Assembly: GCA_025808555.1 (NCBI GenBank)
Contig: CP075526.1
Coordinates: forward strand, 558,387 to 622,386
Source: Anaerolineales bacterium
GTDB taxonomy: Bacteria; Chloroflexota; Anaerolineae; Anaerolineales; UBA11579
Length of the DNA: 64,000 bases
Reading direction: 5' to 3'
Under the pieces are notes generated by a model, which ran no database searches, was not told the DNA's origin, and saw only the letters and a program-made list of their open reading frames with translations. A program made the position numbers and the translations under genes. Positions 44,332 through 55,240 of this stretch are shown one piece after another. Numbering within the stretch: the first letter of the stretch is position 1; each line of letters starts with the position of its first letter.

Positions 44332-45978
44332 TTAGCGGGAATTGATCAGTACGAAGATCATGGGCTTGCGCTTGGTCACATCAAAGAAGTGATCGCGCAG
44401 CTTGACCTCCAGCTGGCGCTGCAGGTCACCGTTGGCCTCGGTCAGGGTCTTCTCGATCTGGCGGCGGGTCCCCGCCAGCAGATCGTCCGACTCGCGCTGG
44501 TACACAAAACCACGCGTGATAATCTCCGGCTCGCGCAGCAGCTTGCGCGTCTGCGGGTTGATGCTCAGGTTGACCAGCACAAAGCCTTCGCGGGCCAGGG
44601 CGTCACGCTCACGCATGACCGCCGGGCCAATGTCGCCCACACTCGAGCCATCCACGAAAACGTGCCCGCCGGGGATGCGCTCGCCCATGAACATGCGGCC
44701 GGCGCTGAACTCGATGACCTGGCCGTTCTCAACAATGGCCACGTTGTCCTTGGCATAGCCCAAGCTCTGGGCGATGGCGGCGTGTTGATGCAGGTGGCGC
44801 AGCTCGCCGTGCACGGGGATCAAGTACTTGGGCTTGATGAGGTTCAACATGAACTTCATCTCCTCCTGGCTGGCGTGGCCGGAGACGTGCACGGCCTCCA
44901 CAGGGTCATAGACTACGTGTGCACCGCGCTGGAACAGCTTGTTGATCGTGCGCGAGACGCTTTCCTCGTTGCCCGGGATGGGGTGCGAGGACAGCACCAC
45001 CGTATCGGTGGGCAGCAGGTCGAACTGGCGGTTGGTGCCAGAGGCCAGACGGCCCACAATACTCGAGGGCTCACCCTGCGAGCCGGTGCACATCAGCACC
45101 ACCTCGTGTGGGGGCAGGCGCAGGGCCTCGTCAATGGACACAAGCAGCTCATCCGGCAGGTTCAAGTAGCCGAGTTGCTTGGCCATCTTGGCGTTCTCAC
45201 GCATGCTGGTACCTACGAAGGCCATCTTGCGCCCGTGGCGCAAGGCGGCCTCGCCGACCAGCTGAATGCGCGAGATCAACGAAGCGAACGTGGCCACCAG
45301 GATACGACCCTGGGCGGCACGGAACACTTTATCAAAAGCGGGCTCGATGACGCGCTCGGACGGCGTCCAGCCGGCGCGGTCTGCGTTGGTGGAGTCGCCC
45401 AGCATGGCCAGCACGCCGCGACCGGCAAATTCGGCCAGCTTGGCATAGTCGGTCGGCCAGTTATCCACCGGGGTGTGGTCTAGCTTGTAGTCGCCGGTAT
45501 GCACAACCAGGCCGGCTGGCGTGGTGATGCCGAGGGCGACACAATCAGGGATGGAGTGGCACACATGGCAGAACTCCACCTTGAACACGCCGATCTGCAC
45601 CGTATCGCCGGCTTTGATCTCGGTCACCTTGGCTTTGCCAGACTGCCCGCCACGGGCCAGCTTGACCTCAAGCAGGCCTTTGGTGAGCGGGGTGGCGTAG
45701 ATGGGCGCGTTGATCTGCTCAACCACATGGTGGATGGCGCCGGTATGGTCTTCATGGCCGTGGGTGATGACGATGCCCTTGACCTTGTCCCGCTTGTCCA
45801 GCAGGTACTTGAAATCAGGGATGATGTAATCGATCCCCAGCATGTCGCTTTCCGGGAACATGATGCCGGTATCCACGACCAAAATTTCATCTCCGTATTC
45901 GAAGACGGTCATGTTTTTGCCGATCTCTCCCAAGCCCCCCAGCGGGAGGATGCGCAATTTTTGTGCTTTCTTACTCAT
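44332..45978 (-). CDS. rnj: ribonuclease J
   Basis: Start MSKKAQKLRILPLGGLGEIGKNM. Metallo-beta-lactamase motif ITHGHEDHTGA plus beta-CASP and C-terminal domains. Confidence 0.9.
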   Translation of the reverse strand: MSKKAQKLRILPLGGLGEIGKNMTVFEYGDEILVVDTGIMFPESDMLGIDYIIPDFKYLLDKRDKVKGIVITHGHEDHTGAIHHVVEQINAPIYATPLTKGLLEVKLARGGQSGKAKVTEIKAGDTVQIGVFKVEFCHVCHSIPDCVALGITTPAGLVVHTGDYKLDHTPVDNWPTDYAKLAEFAGRGVLAMLGDSTNADRAGWTPSERVIEPAFDKVFRAAQGRILVATFASLISRIQLVGEAALRHGRKMAFVGTSMRENAKMAKQLGYLNLPDELLVSIDEALRLPPHEVVLMCTGSQGEPSSIVGRLASGTNRQFDLLPTDTVVLSSHPIPGNEESVSRTINKLFQRGAHVVYDPVEAVHVSGHASQEEMKFMLNLIKPKYLIPVHGELRHLHQHAAIAQSLGYAKDNVAIVENGQVIEFSAGRMFMGERIPGGHVFVDGSSVGDIGPAVMRERDALAREGFVLVNLSINPQTRKLLREPEIITRGFVYQRESDDLLAGTRRQIEKTLTEANGDLQRQLEVKLRDHFFDVTKRKPMIFVLINSR

Positions 45979-46074
45979 AACTTTTAAATACACCTTGCAG
46001 GGCCTACGCACGCGCGTAGTCACCCTGCCCTTTCTCATTCTTTTATTGGTGCTACTTGAACTACTTACTGCAAC

Positions 46075-46105
46075 AAAAACCCCGACACGTGTGCCACGGC
46101 CGGGG
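46075..46105 (-). terminator. terminator-like hairpin inside the rnj 5' leader
   Basis: Minus strand reads CCCCGGC-12 nt-GTCGGGG followed by TTTTTG, about 100 nt upstream of the rnj ATG. Confidence 0.45.
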
Positions 46106-46189
46106 TAATGATCTCATCAGGTACTGCTAGTTGTAGTTAGCAAATCCAGAAAAGGCCAAATGCGAGGCCGTATGTCAAATAACACTGCA

Positions 46190-46219
46190 ATTATAGCATG
46201 CGCCACCTTAGCCACACAA
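46190..46219 (-). promoter_or_regulatory. candidate rnj promoter (extended -10)
   Basis: Minus strand reads TTGTGT-18 nt-TGcTATAAT. Confidence 0.5.
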
Positions 46220-46263
46220 GCGGCAGGATGAGGCGCAGATGAGCAGAAGATGGCAATGCTTAT

Positions 46264-46295
46264 AAAAAAAGACGCCCCGCATGTGCGGGGCGTCT
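46264..46295 (-). terminator. groEL intrinsic terminator
   Basis: Minus strand reads AGACGCCCCGC-acat-GCGGGGCGTCT followed by TTTTTTTAT. Confidence 0.8.
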
Positions 46296-46307
46296 CTTTG
46301 TGCCGAT

Positions 46308-47945
<1,638 letters not shown>

Positions 47946-47994
47946 AAATCTGATTTCTCCTGATTAATTCGTAGTAATGAGGCTGTTGATGCTG

Positions 47995-48288
47995 TTAGCC
48001 AACGATGGCCAGCAGGTCAGACTGGCGCAAGATCATGAGCTTCTTGCCTTCCACCTTGATCTCCGTGCCAGCATATTTAGCAAACAGCACGATGTCGCCA
48101 ACAGCTACTTCCATGGCGATGACCTTGCCATCATCATCACGCCCGCCCGGGCCAGCAGCAAGGATCTTGCCACGCTGGGGCTTTTCTTTGGCGGTTTCGG
48201 GCAGCACAATGCCGCCTGGAGTGATCTCCTCGTCCTCAATGGGCTCCACCAAGACGCGGTCAGCGAGCGGTTTGAGATTCTGAGCCAT
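47995..48288 (-). CDS. groS: co-chaperonin GroES
   Basis: [12 protein letters not shown]...[20 protein letters not shown]. Confidence 0.95.
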   Translation of the reverse strand: MAQNLKPLADRVLVEPIEDEEITPGGIVLPETAKEKPQRGKILAAGPGGRDDDGKVIAMEVAVGDIVLFAKYAGTEIKVEGKKLMILRQSDLLAIVG

Positions 48289-48313
48289 ACAAATGCCTCC
48301 TAAAACAAATTGA

Positions 48314-48368
48314 AAGATGTTGTTCGTTTTGCGGGTGGGGGTATGGGCTGTAGCCCAAAAGATATCTG
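48314..48368 (-). repeat. 55-nt intergenic repeat, copy B (inside the groES 5' UTR)
   Basis: Its reverse complement aligns to 18133-18187 with 45/55 identities and no gaps. Confidence 0.75.
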
Positions 48369-48375
48369 CCCACCC

Positions 48376-48402
48376 TTAGCACTCTAACAGATTGAGTGCT
48401 AA
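48376..48402. promoter_or_regulatory. CIRCE operator (HrcA binding site) of groES-groEL
   Basis: TTAGCACTC-taacagatt-GAGTGCTAA is a perfect match to the CIRCE consensus. Confidence 0.9.
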
Positions 48403-48411
48403 AGCGGCCAG

Positions 48412-48440
48412 ATAATAACCAGTTTGGGGAGGCAAGTCAA
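48412..48440 (-). promoter_or_regulatory. groES-groEL sigma-70-type promoter
   Basis: Minus strand reads TTGACT-17 nt-TATTAT. CIRCE starts about 10 nt after the -10. Confidence 0.7.
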
Positions 48441-48658
48441 GAGATATCAAGGGCCTGGACGAGTTTCTGAGACATTTCTGACATTTGAGGTTGGGAAACG
48501 AGGGGAGGCTTTGCCCGGCGAAGCAACAAAGTTTTAACCCAGGTTAATTGTTTTGCCCGTAAAGTTTGCACTTTTAATTTTCCGACGATTTGGTTAATAC
48601 TTTCGGGATGTCAAGGCATTGGTATGGTGATTTGAGAGGGCGCACCGCGGTGCACCTA

Positions 48659-49990
48659 CTATGGGTCTGGCGTGGCGATGGGTGCAGCCGGTGTGGGGCT
48701 GGACTGACCCGCGCGGGCTGCGAGATTGGCGCACACCTGGAAGCTCTCATCCACAATACCCATTACCACCGGATCGGTAGGGTACGAGGCGCGCAGCGCC
48801 TCGAGCACCGGGAAAGCCTGTGGGCACTGGTCGAGAGCCGACAGCACCGAGCCGAGGGTGTAGTAATACGGCAAAGTTGTATCGTTGAGGGTCATGCCGA
48901 TGACGGCTACATCCTCTTCGGTGTTCTCCTCGGCCGAGCAGCCTTGCACGGCACAGATAAGAACCGGAATGGAGCCTTCGTAATTGCGTGAGCGGAAACG
49001 CACGATGCCCAGTTGGCCGTACCAATCCGGGTTGGTGGGGTCGATCTCAATGGCGCGCTCTGCGTTGAGCGCTGCGGCGTAGAACTCACCATCACGCGAA
49101 TACGTGCGGGCGATAGCGATATAGGGCAGCGGATCGCTGATGCCGAGCACATTGTTGATCGTGGCGGCGCGGTCGAAATACTCCAGCGCCTGGTCGTGCA
49201 GGCCAAGTTGGCGGTAGTTCTGGCCGATCGAGATGTAGAGGAAGGTGAGGTTGGGGGCCAGCTCGGCGGCCAACTGGTATTGCTCGATGGCGGCAGAGTA
49301 CGCTCCGCTGGCTTCGAGCACATAGGCGTACACGCGGCGGGTATCCAGCGAATTGGGGTCAAGGGAGATAGCCAACTGGGCGCGCTGTTGGGCCTGGTCA
49401 TATTGCTGCTGGTCTACCAGGATCTCGGCCTGGTAGGCCTGGGCCAGCACATTGCGGTTGTCGAGCTGCACGGCGAGGATGGCGGCGGTGCTGGCCTCGG
49501 AGACGAAGGCCTGGCGTTCGGCGGCGTTGGTGGCCGAGCTGCCGCTCCAGTTGTATACGAAGGCTTTAACGGCATTGGCCATGCTGTCTTGCGGGGCCAG
49601 CGTGACGGCCGTGTCAATGCTCTGGCGCGCCTCGGCCATGCGGGTGCGGCGTCGGTCCTGGGTGAGCAGACTGGCGGAATAGGTTTGGATGCGGGCCAGC
49701 TCGGTCCAACCGACGTAATCGCTGGGGTTGACCGCCAGCGCGTCCTGATAGGCGGCGATGGCGGCATCCAGGTTGCCGGCGTTGAAGAAGGCGGTACCCT
49801 CCTCACGGTAAGAGGTGGCGCTGCGCGTGGCGGTGGCGGTGGGCAGGAAGAGCGGCTCGATGGTCCCGGCGCTGATGCCGCGCAACGTGCTGATGCCAGC
49901 CAGGATCAGTGTGCCCCACAAGAGCAGGCGCCAGGGATTGGATTGCCGGCCGGGGTCACGGAACAGATAGCGCCGGTTGGTGACGCGCAT
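48659..49990 (-). CDS. membrane-anchored TPR-repeat protein
   Basis: N-terminal TM segment (WRLLLWGTLILAGI) followed by many TPR-like A..Y..AL..DP units. Confidence 0.7.
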   Translation of the reverse strand: MRVTNRRYLFRDPGRQSNPWRLLLWGTLILAGISTLRGISAGTIEPLFLPTATATRSATSYREEGTAFFNAGNLDAAIAAYQDALAVNPSDYVGWTELARIQTYSASLLTQDRRRTRMAEARQSIDTAVTLAPQDSMANAVKAFVYNWSGSSATNAAERQAFVSEASTAAILAVQLDNRNVLAQAYQAEILVDQQQYDQAQQRAQLAISLDPNSLDTRRVYAYVLEASGAYSAAIEQYQLAAELAPNLTFLYISIGQNYRQLGLHDQALEYFDRAATINNVLGISDPLPYIAIARTYSRDGEFYAAALNAERAIEIDPTNPDWYGQLGIVRFRSRNYEGSIPVLICAVQGCSAEENTEEDVAVIGMTLNDTTLPYYYTLGSVLSALDQCPQAFPVLEALRASYPTDPVVMGIVDESFQVCANLAARAGQSSPTPAAPIATPDP

Positions 49991-49992
49991 AG

Positions 49993-51189
49993 CTATCCGC
50001 CCCCGCCAGAGCAGATTGAGATCATCTCGTTGGCGTTGGAGACTGCAATCAGGTCTTCAGGCACGGCGGCGATGAGGCCCTGGGCAATGGGCAGGGCCTC
50101 GGGACAGCGGCCTTCACGCGCCAGCGAGAGGCCGTACATGTAATAGAAGGCAGCCACCTGGCCGTATTCCAGCGGCAGACCTTGAACGGCGACGCCGTTC
50201 TCGGTCATGCCGCCGCGAATGGCGAGTGTGAAGGCGTCGATGGCTTCCACCGGCTGGCGGTTGCGATAGTAGGCGACGCCAAGATTGCCGTGGCGGATGG
50301 GGTTGCCCGGGTCTTCGCTGACCGCTTGCAGCATTGCCTGCACAGCGCGGCCAAACTCACCGGTGGTGATGTAGATGAGGCCGATCTGGGTATTGGGGAT
50401 GGGGTCAGCGGGGTTGAGCGAATCGGCGATGACGAACTGCTCGATGGCATCGTCGTAACGCTCCAAGGCGCGGTAGGTGCGGCCGAGGGCCAGGTGCAGA
50501 CCGGCGATGCGGTCATTGATGGCCATGGCCTGCTGGTATTCGAAGGCGGCCTCTTCGTAATTGGCGGTGGTCTCGAGAACATAGCCGCGGGCGCGGCGTA
50601 CTTCCAGCAGGGTGTTATCCAGCTCAAGGGCAATGCGCGATTCTTCGCCGGCTTGAACATATTCCTGCATATCGGCCAGGTACTCGGCGTAGAAGGCGTG
50701 TGCCAGCGCGCTGTTCGGGTCGAGCTGGAGGGCGCGCTGGAGGGCAGCTTCGGCACTGCTGCGGTCGCCCAGATAGTTCAGCGTCCAGCCCAGGATGGCA
50801 TGACCGGTGGGGTTATCCGGGCTGAGCAGGAGGGCATTGGAGGCGGATGTCTGGGCGGCCTCGTAGCGGCCGGAGAGCACCTGCACGCGGGCAAGCTCCA
50901 GATAGATGGCGGGGTTGCCCGGCGAGAGCATGATGGCCTGCTGGTAGCTCTCGATGGAGTTCAGCAGATTGCCTTCGTTGAAGGCGGTCTTGGCGGCGGA
51001 GATGAAGGACTCAGGGTCGCGCGTAGGTGTGGGCGTAGGCGCGCTGGGCAGCGGGATGGTGGGAATAACGTAGTTATTGAAGTAAATGCCGGCTGCGATA
51101 AGCATGACCAGCAAACCAATGAACGCCGGGTTGGAGCGGCGCTTTTTGCGCTGGCGCTGCATATGCCAGCGTGAACCTCTCAGATACAT
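49993..51189 (-). CDS. membrane-anchored TPR-repeat protein
   Basis: TM anchor, short PT linker and TPR units. The stop is 2 nt before the next TPR gene start. Confidence 0.7.
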   Translation of the reverse strand: MYLRGSRWHMQRQRKKRRSNPAFIGLLVMLIAAGIYFNNYVIPTIPLPSAPTPTPTRDPESFISAAKTAFNEGNLLNSIESYQQAIMLSPGNPAIYLELARVQVLSGRYEAAQTSASNALLLSPDNPTGHAILGWTLNYLGDRSSAEAALQRALQLDPNSALAHAFYAEYLADMQEYVQAGEESRIALELDNTLLEVRRARGYVLETTANYEEAAFEYQQAMAINDRIAGLHLALGRTYRALERYDDAIEQFVIADSLNPADPIPNTQIGLIYITTGEFGRAVQAMLQAVSEDPGNPIRHGNLGVAYYRNRQPVEAIDAFTLAIRGGMTENGVAVQGLPLEYGQVAAFYYMYGLSLAREGRCPEALPIAQGLIAAVPEDLIAVSNANEMISICSGGGG

Positions 51190-51298
51190 GGAATGGATTT
51201 TACCTGTGGGAGGTTAAGTGAAGCGTGAGAAGGGGGTGGGAATTGGGAATAGAGTGAGCAGGAGCCGTGCGAGACTGCCTGCTCTCACTGTTCACCGC

Positions 51299-52024
51299 TC
51301 ACTTCTCACTGTCTTCAAGCAACTTGCGGTCTTCGTCGCTCAGACTGGCTTTATCCAGAAGATCCGGGCGGCGCTCGGCGGTGCGGCGCAGGGCCTGCTG
51401 GCGACGCCAGCGGGCAATGCGGGCATGGTCGCCTGAGAGCAGCGCGGGCGGCACACCCCAGCCGCGGAACTCGGCGGGGCGGGTGTAGTGCGGGCCTTCG
51501 AGCAGGCCGGTGGCGTGCGAATCGGTGAGGGCACCATCCACCTGGCCGAGCACGCCAGCGAGATTGCGGGCCACCGCATCGATGAGGATGAGGGCGGGCA
51601 GCTCGCCACCGGTGAGCACAAAATCACCGATGGAGATCTCGTCGGTGGCCAGGTGCTGGCGGACGCGCTCGTCCACGCCTTCGTAGCGGCCGCAGATCAG
51701 CGCCAGGCGGGGGTGTTGGGCCAGCTCCTGCGCCACGGCCTGGGTGAAGACGCGGCCCTGCGGGCTGAGCAGGATGACGGGCCCAGCGGGCGGCGCACCG
51801 AGGACCGCCTCGACCGCGGCGAAGATGGGCTCAGGCTTCATCACCATGCCCCCGCCCCCGCCGAAGGGCGTGTCGTCGGTGACCTGATGCTTGTCGGTGG
51901 CGTAGCTGCGAATGTTGTGGACGCCGACGCCCAGCAGGCCGGCCTGCTGGGCGCGGCCGAGGATGCTGGCATCGAGGTAGACGGGAAAGAGTTCGGGGAA
52001 GAGGGTGAAGACGTCTATTTGCAC
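51299..52024 (-). CDS. trmD: tRNA (guanine37-N1)-methyltransferase
   Basis: [13 protein letters not shown]...[17 protein letters not shown]...[11 protein letters not shown]. Confidence 0.95.
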   Translation of the reverse strand: MQIDVFTLFPELFPVYLDASILGRAQQAGLLGVGVHNIRSYATDKHQVTDDTPFGGGGGMVMKPEPIFAAVEAVLGAPPAGPVILLSPQGRVFTQAVAQELAQHPRLALICGRYEGVDERVRQHLATDEISIGDFVLTGGELPALILIDAVARNLAGVLGQVDGALTDSHATGLLEGPHYTRPAEFRGWGVPPALLSGDHARIARWRRQQALRRTAERRPDLLDKASLSDEDRKLLEDSEK

Positions 52025-52222
52025 GGTGGGATTCTAAGGCAAATTGGGATCGGGGGCAGAGATTCTCCTGTGCGTCCCGAGCGAAGCGAGGGAACCTTAC
52101 TACGCGTATGGTTAGTTCTAACGCATCAAAGAAGATTCGCCAGCGAGGATCCTTCGCTGGTTGGGTTCGGCATTCAGGTGGTGACGTTCTTACCGGCTCA
52201 GGAAGCACGTGTATGCATGCAG

Positions 52223-53143
52223 CTACACGTGCTTGGCCGCTAAGGCCAGCCAATCGCCGCTGCGCTGCTCGGCGAGGATGGCGAAGCCAGCCGCGCTGAG
52301 GGCGGTGCGCAGTTCCGGCTCCTGCTCGTTGAGGATGCCGGAGAGCACCAGCACGCCGCCCGGCGCCACCAGGCGAGCCAGCCCGGCGGCCAGCAGGCGC
52401 ACCAGCACGGGGGCGAGGATGTTTGCCAGCACCACATCCGCCTGCTGCAGGCTGTATTCGCCGGCCAGCACTTCGGCCACGGAACCGGGGCCAATCTCGA
52501 CCTGGACATCGTTCAGCTCGGCGTTCAAGCGGGCGTTGTCGAGCGCCTGGACGTCAATATCGACGGCCACGGCCTGGGCCGCGCCGAGCTTCATGGCGGC
52601 GATGGCCAGAATGGCCGAGCCGCAGCCAATATCTAAGACTGAATTGCCCGGCTGGACATGCTGCTCGACCAGCAGCAGGCAGAGCTGGGTGGTGGGGTGC
52701 ACGCCAGTGCCGAAGGCCATGCCGGGTTCTATGCGCACACGGATGCGGCCGCCCTCGGCGGGCGCATCCGTTTCCGCGTACCAGGCCGGCACGACGTGCA
52801 GCCGCTCACCGATGGTGAGCGGCTTGTAGTGCTGCTTCCAGGCCTCCATCCAGTTCTGCTCCTGCACCGGCTCGTAGGCCGGCGCGGGGATGGGCTGGAT
52901 GAGGGCGAGGTAACGCAAGTCTTGCTCGATCTGCGTGCGGCGCTGCTCCAGCTGGGCGTCGTGCGGGATGTAGCCCAGCACGCGCAGGTTGCCGATCACA
53001 GTACCTTCGTCCTCGGCATCGGCCTGGATGGCGGTGCTCTCGATCACCACCCCGCCGGGGATGTGGCGCGCCAAGACTTCGGAGACGGCTTCGGCTAGCT
53101 CAGGCTCAACTTCAAGGGCAATGCGCAACCAGGAGGCGGGCAT
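52223..53143 (-). CDS. prmA: ribosomal protein L11 methyltransferase
   Basis: WL.I...EP...A..V plus IEPGMAFGTGVHPTT and SAM motif VLDIGCGSAILAIAA. Confidence 0.9.
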   Translation of the reverse strand: MPASWLRIALEVEPELAEAVSEVLARHIPGGVVIESTAIQADAEDEGTVIGNLRVLGYIPHDAQLEQRRTQIEQDLRYLALIQPIPAPAYEPVQEQNWMEAWKQHYKPLTIGERLHVVPAWYAETDAPAEGGRIRVRIEPGMAFGTGVHPTTQLCLLLVEQHVQPGNSVLDIGCGSAILAIAAMKLGAAQAVAVDIDVQALDNARLNAELNDVQVEIGPGSVAEVLAGEYSLQQADVVLANILAPVLVRLLAAGLARLVAPGGVLVLSGILNEQEPELRTALSAAGFAILAEQRSGDWLALAAKHV

Positions 53144-53739
53144 CAGCTTGGCGCGCCCTCCAGCCAGTGCAGGAAGATCGAGTACGTCTCGCGTAGGGTG
53201 AAGACCACGCGGGACACTGTGGAGCGATAGCGGCTGGTGGGCGTGGGCGAAGAGTAGAGCGACAGCCCGTGCTCAGCGGCCAACTGCTGGGCGCGGTACA
53301 TGTGCAGGGGGTCACTGATCAGCAGGCCGCTGGTGAAGCCCAGCGATTGCATCAGCTTCTGGGCTTCGATCAGGTTCTCTTCGGTATCGGTGGAGTTGGT
53401 TTCCACATAGATGACACTGGCAGGGATGCCGCGTTGGATGGCGTATTCACGGGCGATCTCGGAATCGGCCACCTGCGGGTTGCGGCCGTAGCCGCCGGTG
53501 AAGATGATGGCGCGCACCATGCCGCGATTGTAGAGCTCGATGGCGTGGTTGATACGTTCGGCGAAGACCGGCGATGGGCGGTTGCGCCAGGCGGCAGCGC
53601 CCAGCACCACGGCCACTTCGGCGGGCTGGGTCTCGTCCACATGGGCATATTGGCGAATGCGCAGGGCGGTCAAACCCACAGAGTGGATGCCAAGCACGAG
53701 GGCAATGATGAGGACGATGCGAAGAATGCGCCGGAACAT
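53143..53739 (-). CDS. DUF218 (YdcF/ElyC/SanA-like) protein
   Basis: TM anchor followed by VVLGAA......PSPVFAERINHAIELY......IIFTGG. TGATG overlap with the prmA start. Confidence 0.8.
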   Translation of the reverse strand: MFRRILRIVLIIALVLGIHSVGLTALRIRQYAHVDETQPAEVAVVLGAAAWRNRPSPVFAERINHAIELYNRGMVRAIIFTGGYGRNPQVADSEIAREYAIQRGIPASVIYVETNSTDTEENLIEAQKLMQSLGFTSGLLISDPLHMYRAQQLAAEHGLSLYSSPTPTSRYRSTVSRVVFTLRETYSIFLHWLEGAPS

Positions 53740-54008
53740 CAGCAGATTTTATCCCCCTTGACAACATGGCGCCGCAGGACAAGACATGCTTTGAGTAGCT
53801 TTTTATGGTAGATGGCTTGAATGGGGATTGCTCGCAATGGCAGGGCTAGCTTACCGCCGAAAGAGGTGATGCTGAAATGGGCGCTGAGGGTACCCTTCGC
53901 TACGCTCAGGGCGACACGGTTGGCGTGCTGGCGAGGCAGCTGCTGCAGGCTCAACTTGGAGATTGCTTCGTCGATAGTGTGTGCTGTGCGCAGCGCACAC
54001 TACGCTTG

Positions 54009-54037
54009 TTAAAAGAGCCGCACCTTGTGCGGCTCTT
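54009..54037 (-). terminator. dnaJ terminator hairpin
   Basis: Minus strand reads AAGAGCCGCAC-aag-GTGCGGCTCTT followed by TTAAC. The U-tract is short. Confidence 0.5.
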
Positions 54038-54060
54038 GCTCGCAATGACGATGGGTTGGC

Positions 54061-55182
54061 TTAACCGCCGAAGGCGTCTTTTAGGCGGTCGAGGAAGCCG
54101 CTTTCACGCGGCTGGACCTCGGTGCCCATGGTGGCAGCGAGCTGCTCGAAGAGCTGGCGCTGATCGGCGCTGAGCTTGGTGGGCACGGCGACGTTGACCA
54201 TGACCAGTTGGTCGCCGCGACCGGCACCGCGCAGGTGCGGCACACCCTTGCCGCGCATGCGCAGCACCTTGCCGGGCTGGATGCCGGAGGGCACGCTGAG
54301 CACGGCCGGGCCGTCAACGGTGGGCACTTCCACTTCGGCGCCGAGGGTGGCCTGGGCAATGTTGATATCCAGATCGAGCAGGATGTTGTTCTCCTGCCGC
54401 TGGAAGAATTTGTGATTGCGCACGTTGAGCGCCACATACAGGTCGCCCTGCGGGCCGCCGTTCATACCCGGCTGGCCTTCGCCGTTGAGGCGCACCTGGT
54501 TGCCACTGTCCACGCCGCCAGGGATCTTGACCTCGCGGCGCACCTGTTTGCGCTCGAGGCCCACGCCGTTGCACACGCTGCACGCCTTGTCGAACAGCTC
54601 ACCGGAGCCGCGGCAGTCGGGGCAGGTGGTGACCTGGATCATGTTGCCCAACAGGGTGGCACGCGCTCGGCGCACCTCCCCGGCCCCACCGCAGGTGGTG
54701 CAGGTGTGGGCCTTGCTGCCCGGCTCGGCGCGGTTGCCGCTGCAGTGATGGCAAATCTCGTCACGCGAGAACTCAATGGTCTTGTCGACACCGAAGACGG
54801 CTTCTTCGAAGTCAAGGGTCAGGTTGTATTGCAGGTCGGCACCGCGGGCGGGGGCATTGCGGTCACGCGTGCGGCGGCCGCCGAAGGGGAAGCCGAACAT
54901 CTCGCCGAAGAGATCGCTGAGATCAATGTTGGTGAAATCAGGCATGCCGCCGAAGCCATCCATGCCGGCGTGGCCGTAGCGGTCATAGGCGGCGCGCTTC
55001 TGGTCATCCGAGAGCACCGCGTAGGCTTCGTTGAGCTCTTTGAATTTCTCTTCGGCGCCCGGGTCTTTGTTCACATCCGGGTGGTATTGGCGCGCCAAAC
55101 GGCGGAAGGCACTCTTGAGCTCTTCCGCCGTGGCGTTGCGAGGAACGCCGAGGGTCTCGTAGTAGTCGCGTTTTGCGGCCAT
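54061..55182 (-). CDS. dnaJ: molecular chaperone DnaJ
   Basis: J domain (DYYETLGV...HPD), G/F region, and four CxxCxGxG zinc motifs. Confidence 0.95.
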   Translation of the reverse strand: MAAKRDYYETLGVPRNATAEELKSAFRRLARQYHPDVNKDPGAEEKFKELNEAYAVLSDDQKRAAYDRYGHAGMDGFGGMPDFTNIDLSDLFGEMFGFPFGGRRTRDRNAPARGADLQYNLTLDFEEAVFGVDKTIEFSRDEICHHCSGNRAEPGSKAHTCTTCGGAGEVRRARATLLGNMIQVTTCPDCRGSGELFDKACSVCNGVGLERKQVRREVKIPGGVDSGNQVRLNGEGQPGMNGGPQGDLYVALNVRNHKFFQRQENNILLDLDINIAQATLGAEVEVPTVDGPAVLSVPSGIQPGKVLRMRGKGVPHLRGAGRGDQLVMVNVAVPTKLSADQRQLFEQLAATMGTEVQPRESGFLDRLKDAFGG

Positions 55183-55240
55183 GGGTTAATTTGCCAAGGA
55201 GTTCGCCAAAGGCGAACTCCTCAGGCTGGCGTACGCCAGC

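Noticed and set aside
46120-46135. CUGAUGAG in the rnj leader, considered as a hammerhead ribozyme core
   Set aside because: No matching GAAA core or three-stem junction could be drawn around it.
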